A stretch of 64,000 nt of DNA from Dehalococcoidia bacterium (GTDB taxonomy: Bacteria; Chloroflexota; Dehalococcoidia; SHYD01): contig OZ244809.1 in NCBI GenBank assembly GCA_965220215.1, forward strand, positions 759,702-823,701, in the 5' to 3' direction. The notes below the pieces were generated by a model. That model was given only the letters and a program-made list of their open reading frames with translations. It ran no database searches and was not told where the DNA came from. The translations under genes and the position numbers were made by a program. Positions 52,201 through 59,700 of the stretch are shown in pieces; position 1 is the stretch's first letter; every line of letters starts with the position of its first letter.

Positions 52201-52526
52201 GTCATGTCGGCGTCCGTAAGCGTCGCCCCGCCCGTGTTCTGATAGGCCACAGTGCCATCGCCGTCCGGCGTGCCCGTGACCGTCACCTGGGCCACGCTGT
52301 TGGCCACGCTAACCGTGTAGGAATACTCCGTGCTGCTGAACGTCGGATCGAGCGTCTGTGCCGCCCCTCCTGCAGTTACGGTCAGCGCGGTGAGGGATGC
52401 GCTGCCAGGCGAGTGGGCGCGGGCCAAGTTAGGCCATGCAATGGAGGGCGCGAGGGCGGCAACAAGGCCAACAACGGCAAAGAGGGCCAGTGCGGCAAAC
52501 CTTCTGGTGAAGTTTCTTTTGCGCAA
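46140..52526 (-). CDS. Giant secreted surface protein (2128 aa): signal peptide, cadherin-like beta-sandwich, 15 FN3 repeats, Gly/Pro-Thr linker, GPS/ZU5-like domain, two C-terminal beta-domains
   Basis: Counted 15 repeats of P..P.I..V.PGD..L.V.W.AP...Y....L..L.NG..Y.VQVRAVN; poly-G and (PT)n linker; TIDHLSTFVL. Confidence 0.9.
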   Translation of the reverse strand: MRKRNFTRRFAALALFAVVGLVAALAPSIAWPNLARAHSPGSASLTALTVTAGGAAQTLDPTFSSTEYSYTVSVANSVAQVTVTGTPDGDGTVAYQNTGGATLTDADMTTAGQQVDLPMVGGTSVNVVVSHTDSGTTTTQTYTVLVIREGTAPPAPAIASLTPSDQALTVVWTAPASDGGSDITSYDLRYIATDAEDKADDNWTVELSVWTTGAGALESTLSGLTNGTRYDVQVRAVNAIDNGAWSATVSGKAATVPTDPYLGYAVASNRQISIVWSSPDSDGGSDIASYDLRYIRSDADDSDDANWTYLEDFSRTASSYRILGLTNAVAYHMQVRAVNAAGPGAWSERVTRTPVGPPGTPSIDTVAPGDGSLVITWSPPASDEGRAISSYNLRYVRNDLVGSNFLYVWTEETGIWTSGDLEYTLSGLDNGVRYRLGLQAVNEKGTSGWSDWNNPRTGTAGTTPVVAGAPTVDRAISDGATVHIRWSAPADDGGADITGYNLRHIRSDAADKADGNWTVLDTVWTSGALKYTVEGLTADVKYDFQLRAVNSAGAGSWSATVNNTDPSIPGAPVIGSFWEETPRQLRVFWDAPADDGGALVTHYDLRHIRSDADDKADGNWTQVDDLTGELNHTIVGLMSRVRYDVQVRAANRAGDGPWSATMTASPKAERPNPPGNISVTPSDGTLTVKWSAAPDKPGVTVAGYKVGYIRSDDPGYNNINNWTTSDLIPSETLEYAITGLQNSVKYTIDAYSISSVGRTSRPPATLPLDSPGRAPAALGSLKRISTHESSIFFSWIGPADNGGHTVTSYDIHYHPTSDPTNVVKRSEPARDIVLGPSTGNNTWVGNLTPHVEYKIQVRARNRIGPGPWSSLTLIPRRKPVELTIDSVTEGDGALTVAWTDGGDDEITGYEVRYTHFRFVFSVAPDSDDWEYRRNITGTSPLEYTIDRLVNGRWYQVQVRGRNKYGELSSDFSNWSGSVSGTPKTVPGAPAVSSVTSGDEMLTVAWAAPASNGGRDITSYDLRSIRSDAPDKDDDDNWTVKDRVWSSGALQYDLSGLTNGVAYEVQVRAVNAVGAGPWSPVRTGTAQTTPGLPSIDAVTPGDKTLTVAWAAPARDGGFAITSYDLRYIRSDAPNKADDNWTVKDSVWTTGDLRHDRGGLTNGVDYDVQVRAVTIVGEGLWSGTGAGTPRTTPSAPTIDAVTPGDQALTVAWSAPDDTGGSTITSYDLRYIRSDATDKADDNWTEQDGIWTAGPLRYTLGSLTSGVGYDVQVRAVNVAGDGRWSGAISGILQTIPAAPTIDTVTHGDEKLTIDWSAPSNTGGATVTSYDVHYIRSDAPNKANANWSLQEGIWSSGPRSYDLAGLTNGVRYDVRLRAVTSVGPGPWSAPASATPQTAPDAPTINQVTPGDGALAVSWSSPSDTGGSAITSYDLRYIRSDAPDKADVYWTEEYAIWTAGVLRYTLDLLTNGVEYDVQVRAVNAAGDGLWSATISGVPRTIPAAPTIDAVTPDDETLTIAWSPPADDGGSAITSYDVRYIRSDAPDKADDNWTVKDSVWTSGALQYDLSGLTNGVEYDVQVRAVNAADGGPWSTISTDTPRTAPGAPTIARITPGDRALSITWTAPASDGGSAITSYDLRYIRSDAPDKADDANWREAIDIWIPGDLLEYRLNEVTGFHNLENSVKYDVQVRAVSRQPQDVPVAGPWSASRTGTPGSVRPPPPSSGGGGGGGGGGGGSRSTPTPSPTPTPSPTPTATPTPTGPQFSGQIAAEPNVTATVVPEGTTLGLNGGGDLPGGVYVNFPPTAVALPVHVSVSVSNEAPSDVTAPSGTTLLPLTIDITPETPLTLGEPLTIEINPTPEQLAAAGGDLNHLAVGVVTPNGIVVLPAQVMHGRLVVTIDHLSTFVLVAITDPGPLLTQPPMGDASSMGPLLQWMQPPETTWFQVQVIPFNEDGPGINLVIGDGALVQAAQYQVLAPNFGSADPNYVMLPDMTYLWRVRTSTVLTNPTEDDWSAWAVSSFKTLPASSSTITPVAPQVYGEVSTLTPTLTWANSNPAVFYYEVQVSRDYAFGPNAFLYSEYVHGGASTPPNSYVVPDAFPVEAGEIYYWRVRPRIQGDGDLLPWSATYVFLAPG

Positions 52527-52609
52527 GGGGTTACACTCCTATGTTTGAAGGGCGATCCGGGCGACGTCGAGCCGAGGGTAGTGCATCACAGCGTCCGTGC
52601 CGTGACAAC

Positions 52610-52860
52610 ACTCAACGCTCGTCTCCTCGCCTACCCCCTACCCCGGCGCCTGGAACACGTAGGTAGAGCTCCACGGCAACGGGTCGCCGTCGCCCTGAAT
52701 CCGCGGCCGGATGCCCCAGTAGTAGATCTCGCCCGCCTCTAGGGGGAAGGCTGCTGGCTCCGCCGTGCACGGCGGACCCCAGCGCGAGCGGCGCAGCGAC
52801 GGCAGGGGCCGTCGTTCCGTCCACAGTCTCAGGCGCATGGACCGGTCTGTCGAGCGCCAT
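52610..52860 (-). pseudogene. Fusion scar: small leader ORF joined to the 3' end of a giant-gene paralog
   Basis: MALDRPVH...AVHG is joined at CCGCCGTGCACGGCGG to the frameshifted AFPLEAGEIYYWGIRPRIQGDGDPLPWSSTYVFQAPG*. Confidence 0.8.
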
Positions 52861-53120
52861 GTGAGTGCCTCCTCCGCTGTCCGCACGTAAAATGGCAGCG
52901 GTGATTCCGCTTCTCTTGTGATCCTTCTTATCCATAAGGAACAGTAGAGACGCTTCATCGCTTTGGTAAGTGCCGTGGCACTCTTTTTGCTAACGAGATT
53001 GTTTGCTCTGAGGGAGAGTGTTTCTGCAACTAGACAGGTATAAATTGCTCTTGCCGACATAAATGATGGCGGCTAGATTGGTAGTCATGTACACACCGCC
53101 GCGACCACCAAACGCTCCAT
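52761..53120. repeat. Left arm of the ~360-380-bp inverted repeat
   Basis: Its reverse complement aligns with 56138-56516. Confidence 0.92.
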
Positions 53121-53225
53121 GTTCTCATGTGCATACGGGAGAGGAGATGTCTCAGGCGCCTCGCCAAAGCCAGGGCCTTCATCCAATCAGGACAGCCGCT
53201 GGCGGGCTGAGATACGTCGCGACCA

Positions 53226-53423
53226 TTGGTGCTGGAGCGGTCTGAGGAGTTTGAGGTGGTCGGGCATGCCAGGGACGGCGTAGAGGCGGTGAAAGCGGCC
53301 TCCGAACTGTCGCCCGACGTGATCGTCATGGACGTCATGATGCCCAAGAAGGACGGCGTGGAGGCGTGCCGGGAGATCCTGGAGTCTCTGCCCGACACAC
53401 GGGTGATCATGCTGACCGCCTAG
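53226..53423 (+). pseudogene. Fragment of a NarL-type response-regulator receiver domain
   Basis: FEVVGHARDGVEAV...PDVIVMDVMMP.KDG.EAC...RVIMLTA*. The N-terminal acidic pocket and the C-terminal half are missing. Confidence 0.8.
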
Positions 53424-53435
53424 GCTATAAGGAGC

Positions 53436-56051
53436 ATGGCTTCAGAGAAATTCAGCACCTTCCTGGAGAGGCGTTCAGGCTGGATAGTGACCGGAATCAT
53501 CACAGCCACCTTGCTGCTTCTCATACCCCTCATAGCCCTGCACCCGGATGAGCAGGCCTCGACGGAGCCGGGCGGGCCCATCTTCGACCTGCGCGACTTG
53601 GTGGAGGAACGCTTCCCTCCCGCTATCTACGTCCCGTCCTACATGCTGGAATCCCCGGATGGGCCAGAAGGCGACGTCCTGACCCAGGCCGCGCTGTGGG
53701 AGCTGTACCAGAACGAAGAGGCCCTGCGCCGCGCCGACGAGCGCGGAGAGCTGAGCCCGCCGAAGCTGGAGGCCCAGCCCTACCTGTACCGGAGCAACAG
53801 CCCCTACACCCAGCTGCCCATCCACGGCATCTACTCCGTCGCCGACGGCGTTCAGGACGTCCTGAACAGAATGGGCAAGGACCTGGAACATGCCAGCGAC
53901 GACGAGGTCAAGCTCGCCCTCCACCTCATGTTCTTGGAGAACTCCCCCACCTTCTCCCTGCGCGAATCCCTGTCGGGAGGAGCCTCCTTCACCTCCGAGC
54001 AATCGGAGACCATCGGAAACTACCGGCGCTGGCGTTCCCCCGCCATCATCATCTTCGTGAATGCTGACAACAACCGGCTGGGCGGGGGGCCACTGACACT
54101 AAACATCGGAGGGGACGAGACCGCCATACAGAGAGAACACCTCGGCCGAAACGTGCAGAGCGTCCTCAGGGGCGAGGAGCGGAACTACCGGCTCTGGGGC
54201 ATAGCCATAGACCCAAACCTGGAATCCCAGGACGAGGGACGCACCGCCATCCCCTTCATCCTCGCAACCGCATTGGCAGCGCTGGCAGTGACGGGAATCA
54301 GCCTGCGCTCCTGGAGTGCAGTGTTCATCACCGCCGCAGGCCTGACAATGCTCATCCTGTGGCTCAAGGGAATATCGAACCTCCTTGGCCTCAAGGGCGG
54401 CCTAATCGTGGAACTGATCGTGCCCATCGCCATGATCTCCCTGGGAGTCGACTTCGCCATCCACGCCCTGCACCGCTACCGCGAGGAGAGACGGAACGGA
54501 CTCGGGGCAGGGCCGGCGTTCAGAGTGGGATTCGCCGGCGTGGCCGGAGCCCTGGTGCTGGCCATGCTCACCGACGGCGCGGCCTTCCTCTCCAACGCAG
54601 TATCGGGCATCGAATCAATAACCGGGTTTGGAATCGCCGCCGCCATTGCCGTGGCGTCTTCCTTCGTGATCATGGGGATCTTCGTGCCCCTCGTATTCAT
54701 GCGGCTGGACGCGCGGCGGGAGACGGGGAACGAAGCCGCCGGGCCCGCAGCCCAAGCGACCCCTTCAGACCAGACGGACAGCCGGACCCGCAGGTCCCTG
54801 GGCGCGGAGCGCGCCGTGGCGGGACTGGCCCGAAGGCGCCTAGTGGTACTCCCGGTTGCAGTTGCACTAACCGGCGCTGCCCTCATATTTGCCATCAGGC
54901 TCGAGGCCCAATTGGACGCTAGGGACTTCTTCGTCAACGACTCGGACTTCGTGGTCGGACTGGACAAGTTTGACCAGCACCTGGGGGCCAACCAAGGCGA
55001 GCCGGGGATCATCTACATAGAGGGCGACCTATCGGCCAGCGAGTCGCTCGAGGCGCTCAGAGAGCTTCAATCAAGGCTGAAGAATAATCCCCACGTTGCC
55101 AAGGGCGCCGGCGGAGAGCCCACCCTGTACCGCAGCTGGACGATCTTCGAGCTGATGGAGCGCCTGATGGGCAGCGATTATGCCCTAGCGCAGATGGAAC
55201 TCATCACCCACATGACCGTCACGGACGCGGATGGCGACATGATGCCGGACACCCCACCGCAGATCAGGGCCGCCTTCGGCTACATCGCGGAGCATGGAAT
55301 CCCACTGTCGGAATCCACCTGGGCTCTCACTCCAGCCCAGGTCCAGGGAGCCTTCTTCCACGATCCCAACGGACATGACCCGGACGCTCTCCAGATCCGC
55401 ATCGGCCTGCCAGGGACAAGGGAGCAGTCCCTGGTGTCCAGGGCGCGGCAGGCCGTCAGGACCGACCTGGAGGCCCTCGAGGTCGTGCCCTCCATATCGG
55501 CAACGGGCGTCACCGGCTCCGCCTTCACCAGGGCGGCCTCTCTGGACGCCGCAGTGCGGTCCCTGCTCATCTCCCTGCCCATCGCAGTGGCGTCCTGCTT
55601 CCTGATGACAGCAGTGTTCATGAGATCAGCGCGCTATGCTCTCGTGACCATCATCCCCATAGGCCTGGTGGTGACCTGGCTGTACGCCATGATGCACCTG
55701 ATGGGATTTCACCTCAACTTCGTGACGGCCACCATCGGGGCGGTCTCCATCGGAGTCGGCGTGGACTTCTCCATCCACATGACCCAGCGGTTCCGGGAAG
55801 AGATGGGAAGGGTCGGCGATGGAATGCGCGCGATGGAGCGGACCGCGAGAGGCACGGGGACAGCCCTCATGGCGTCGGCAGGGTCAAGCATCTGCGGATT
55901 CGCGATCATGGCCCTTGCTCCCATGCCCATGTTCTCCGCCTACGGCATTCTCACCGCCGTCATGGTCCTCATGGCGGCCGCAGCAGCCCTGCTGGTCCTG
56001 CCGTCCCTGCTATTGCTGGTGACCCCCGAACCCCGACAGGTGGATGGTTAA
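53436..56051 (+). CDS. MMPL/RND-family transporter
   Basis: Two TM bundles with ISLGVDFAIH and IGVGVDFSIH, two large extracytoplasmic loops, AAGGAG RBS. Confidence 0.9.
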   Translation: MASEKFSTFLERRSGWIVTGIITATLLLLIPLIALHPDEQASTEPGGPIFDLRDLVEERFPPAIYVPSYMLESPDGPEGDVLTQAALWELYQNEEALRRADERGELSPPKLEAQPYLYRSNSPYTQLPIHGIYSVADGVQDVLNRMGKDLEHASDDEVKLALHLMFLENSPTFSLRESLSGGASFTSEQSETIGNYRRWRSPAIIIFVNADNNRLGGGPLTLNIGGDETAIQREHLGRNVQSVLRGEERNYRLWGIAIDPNLESQDEGRTAIPFILATALAALAVTGISLRSWSAVFITAAGLTMLILWLKGISNLLGLKGGLIVELIVPIAMISLGVDFAIHALHRYREERRNGLGAGPAFRVGFAGVAGALVLAMLTDGAAFLSNAVSGIESITGFGIAAAIAVASSFVIMGIFVPLVFMRLDARRETGNEAAGPAAQATPSDQTDSRTRRSLGAERAVAGLARRRLVVLPVAVALTGAALIFAIRLEAQLDARDFFVNDSDFVVGLDKFDQHLGANQGEPGIIYIEGDLSASESLEALRELQSRLKNNPHVAKGAGGEPTLYRSWTIFELMERLMGSDYALAQMELITHMTVTDADGDMMPDTPPQIRAAFGYIAEHGIPLSESTWALTPAQVQGAFFHDPNGHDPDALQIRIGLPGTREQSLVSRARQAVRTDLEALEVVPSISATGVTGSAFTRAASLDAAVRSLLISLPIAVASCFLMTAVFMRSARYALVTIIPIGLVVTWLYAMMHLMGFHLNFVTATIGAVSIGVGVDFSIHMTQRFREEMGRVGDGMRAMERTARGTGTALMASAGSSICGFAIMALAPMPMFSAYGILTAVMVLMAAAAALLVLPSLLLLVTPEPRQVDG

Positions 56052-56137
56052 AGCAAGGCAGGACTGCCCCACGAGAAATAACCGCCGGACATCCCTGGCA
56101 GCGGCGCTCAGACCTGCTACGAATGGCCGCGCCGCTG

Positions 56138-56516
56138 ATGGAACGTTGGGCGTCCCGGCGGTGTGTGCCTGACCACTAATCTAGCCGCCATCTTTTATGT
56201 CCGCAAGAGCACTTTATACCTGTCGAGTTGCAGAAACACTCTCCCTCAGAGCAAACACTCTCGTTAGCTAAAAGAGTGCCACGGCACTTACCAAAGCCAT
56301 GAAGAGTCTCTACTTTTCTTTATAGATAAGCGGAATCACTGGCTGCCACGTTACCTGCGAACAGCGGAGGTGGCGGAAGGCTCCGCTCATCCCGACTCTG
56401 CGAGAGAGGCATTCCCATGGCGCTCGACAAACCAGTCCATGCACCTGAGACGGTGGACGGCACGGCGGGCCCTGCTGTCGCTGCGCCGGTCGCGCTGGGG
56501 TCCGCCGTGCACGGCG
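56138..56516. repeat. Right arm of the inverted repeat
   Basis: Aligns with the reverse complement of 52761-53120. Confidence 0.92.
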
Positions 56517-56578
56517 ACCTAGAGCAGATGTTCACACACCCCAATTTTTGGCCTGGCCAAGCCGGGGGTGAGTCATGA
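56417..56578 (+). CDS. Small leader ORF (53 aa, MALDKPVHAPETVDG...), not in the ORF track
   Basis: Purine-rich RBS; conserved in both IR arms; its TGA overlaps the next ATG (ATGA). Confidence 0.5.
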   Translation: MALDKPVHAPETVDGTAGPAVAAPVALGSAVHGDLEQMFTHPNFWPGQAGGES

Positions 56579-56799
56579 TCGCCTCCAAGCGTCTTGCACC
56601 GCTCCTACCGCTGCTAACCGCACTGGCCCTCTTTGCCGTTGTTAGCCTTATTTCCGCCCTCGCGCCCTCCATTGCATCGCTAAACCTGGCCCGCGCCCAC
56701 TCGCCGGGTAACGCCACCCTCACCGCGCTGACGGTGACCGCGGGGGAGACGGCGCAGACGCTCTCCCCGACGTTCAGCAGCACGGTGGCCGCTTTCTGA
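56575..56799 (+). pseudogene. Truncated paralog of the giant-protein N-terminus (signal peptide plus start of the cadherin-like domain)
   Basis: ALFAVVSLISALAPSIASLNLARAHSPGNATLTALTVTAG..AQTLSPTFSST matches 52329-52493 in inverted orientation. Confidence 0.85.
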
Positions 56800-59700
56800 T
56801 GAAGTGGCTACCGCTGATCGCAATCTGTGTCGTCCTCTGCCTCATAGTGGGGCCGGGTAGTATCCATGCCGATTCGCACATCGCCCCAACGATCGACTCG
56901 GTCACCCCAGGCGACAGTCGACTCACGATCGGGTGGACCGCTCCCACGGGCGTGACGGGCATAACTGCCTACGACCTGCGCTACATAGAGACCAACGCCG
57001 ACGAAACGGTGGACGACAACTGGACCAAGGTCGAGGACATCTGGACCGGCTCCGGCGACCTTGAATACAGGCTCGGGGGCCTCGACAACGGCGTCGGCTA
57101 CGACGTGCAGATGCGTACTGTTACCACGACCGACAGCGCGTGGTCGGGGACTTCGACCGGCACGCCTCAGATCCTGGCTCCCACCATCACCTCGGTCGTC
57201 GCCGGCGACGGCGCACTGACTGTGGTCTGGATGGCGCCCGCCGTCGCCGCGACAACGGCAATTGATGCCTACGACCTGCGCTACATCGAGACCAGCGCCG
57301 ACGAGACGGTCGAGGGCAACTGGACCGTCCACGACGAAGCCTGGACCTCCGGCCCGCTGCACTACGTCCTCGCCGGTCTCACCAACGGCACGGGTTACGA
57401 CGTGCAGGTGCGGGCCGCGGCCGCGACCGACGGCGCCTGGTCGGCCACCGCCACGGGGACGCCCGCCGAGCACGGCGGCACGACCGCGACGGCGACTACG
57501 CTGCCGCTGACCACGCGCATGGGCGGGATGATCGCCTCCGAGACCGACGTGGACGTCTTCAAGATCGATCTGACCGCCGCGACGGGCATCATCATCTCCA
57601 CCCGCGGCGACCTCGATACGGTGGGGCAGCTGCTGGACGGGGACGGGATGCTGATCAGGGAGAACGACCAGGGGGACGAGCTCCAAGGACGCCACAACTT
57701 CCTCCTCTGGGGCTCCCTCCAGGCGGGGACCTACTACGTCAAGGTCACGGGCGGTGATGGCGCCACGGGCGCCTACGTCCTGGGAACAACGACTGTCGCC
57801 GACTCCACGGCGCGGTCCGATGCCCAGGACATCGAGGTCGGCGGCTTCGCCAGGGGGATCATCGATACGGAGTGGACCGACAGTGACTGGTTCCGCATCA
57901 CGCTGACCGGGCACACCATTCTGCTGGTGCACACGACCGGCCCCGCGCACACGTCGGGCGACCTCTGGCTGAGCGGGACCGGGCGGCCCCCAAACGTGGA
58001 GAGATTCCCCCTGGGGGGTAACCGCTTCTTCGTACGTGCGAACCTGAGCCCGGGGACCTACTACGTGGAGGTTGACGGCTACCTTGACGCAACCGGCGCC
58101 TACACGCTCCATGTGAACCGGGCCGCCGAGCCGGGAAGCAGCACCGGGACGGCGGAGCCTCTCGTCCCGCTGTTTCCGAAAGCGGGAACCATCAGCCCGG
58201 CGGACGACGTCGACTACTTCCGCATCGAGCTCGCCGAAGCGACCCATGTCGTCCTCGGCGCCTCGGGCTCCGCCGTCCCCATCGCCGGGGAGCTGCTGGA
58301 CGCGGACGGCAACCCCGTTGACGCGAACATCGCCGAGGCCCGGTGGACCCCGAGCGCACCCGCCGGGTTCCTGCTCCGCGACCGCCTCGGTGCGGGGACG
58401 TACTACCTCAAGGTCACGCGCCGGCCCGGCAGTCCCGGGCCAGCGACAGGGCGGTACGCGCTGCGCATGTACGAGGACTACATCTACGGCGCGTTCATCG
58501 ACGGGTGCACGGCGCTCACCGCGTCCCTGGACGACCCCCTCAGCGACCCCCTCTCCGGGTGCCAGTGGCACCTGGAGAACACGGGGCAGCTGGGCGGGAC
58601 GCCGGGCGAGGACATCAACGTCCGGGAGGTGTGGGCGGCCGGCCACCTGGGGGAGGGCGCCACCGTAGCCTTGGTCGACAACGGCTTTGACGTCGGGCAC
58701 CCAGACCTGGCGCCCAACGTGATTGCGGACCGCAACTACGGCTACGGCGGCGCAGCCGTGTACAACCCCGGAAATACCCACGGCACCGGCGCCGCCGGCC
58801 TCATCGCCGCGCGGGACAACGACATCGGCGTTCGGGGGATCGCGCCCCGCGCCCAGATCTACGTCTACAACATCATCGACGCCTACAACCATGCCTATGC
58901 GGCGGACGCGATGACGCGGGGGATGGAGACCACGGCCATCAGCAACAACAGCTGGTCGGTAACCGAGGGTCCCGGGTATGCCGCGGCGCCCTCGGGCTGG
59001 GAACGGGCGGTGGTGCGAGGGGTCACGGAAGGCTACGGCGGCAAGGGGGTGCTGTATGTGCGGTCCGGCGGCAACGACGCGGTGCTGGGCGCCAACGCCA
59101 ACCTGAGCGGATTCCGGAACCACTACACCGCGACGGCCGCCTGTGCGGTCACGGATCATGGTGTCCGGTCGCACTACTCCGAACAGGGCGCCAACCTGTG
59201 GGTATGCGCGCCTTCCGGCGCCAGCTACCTGCCAGCGGCTATCACCACCACCCTCAACGACGGCCGCTACCGGAACACCTACGGCGGGACCTCCGCCACG
59301 GCCGCCATCGTGTCCGGGGTGGCCGCGCTCCTGCGGGGCGCATACTCCGACCTGACCTGGCGGGACGTGAAGCTCATCCTGGCGGGCTCCGCCCGGAAGA
59401 ACGACCCATCGAACGCCGGCTGGGAGGAGGGCGCCCTCCAGTACGGCTCCGCGACCCAGCGCTACACGTTCAACCACGAGTACGGCTTCGGCGTGGTCGA
59501 CGCCAAGGCGGCGATGGACCTGGCGGCTGGCTGGACGAGCCTTCCCCCGTTGCCCCCGTTGACCGAGGAGTCGCAGGCGTCGGGCGACGTCGATCTGGCG
59601 GTCCCGGACCTGCCCTCCCCGGGCACGCCCACCTCGGTCACCGCCAGCATCACCATGGGCGCCCAGGTGCAGTCCACCGAATTCGTCGAGATTCACCTCA

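Noticed and set aside
56225-56320. c-di-GMP-I riboswitch-like GCAAAC/CAAAGC motifs in the inverted repeat
   Set aside because: The stem pairing is broken in the left copy without covariation, and the GAAA tetraloop and core layout are absent.
56808-59696. 962-aa minus-strand ORF and other long shadow ORFs (21623-23185, 48351-49910, 49977-51743, 61421-63151, 62763-63833)
   Set aside because: These are antisense or off-frame shadows of high-GC genes; they are R/G/V/P-rich with no recognisable motifs.
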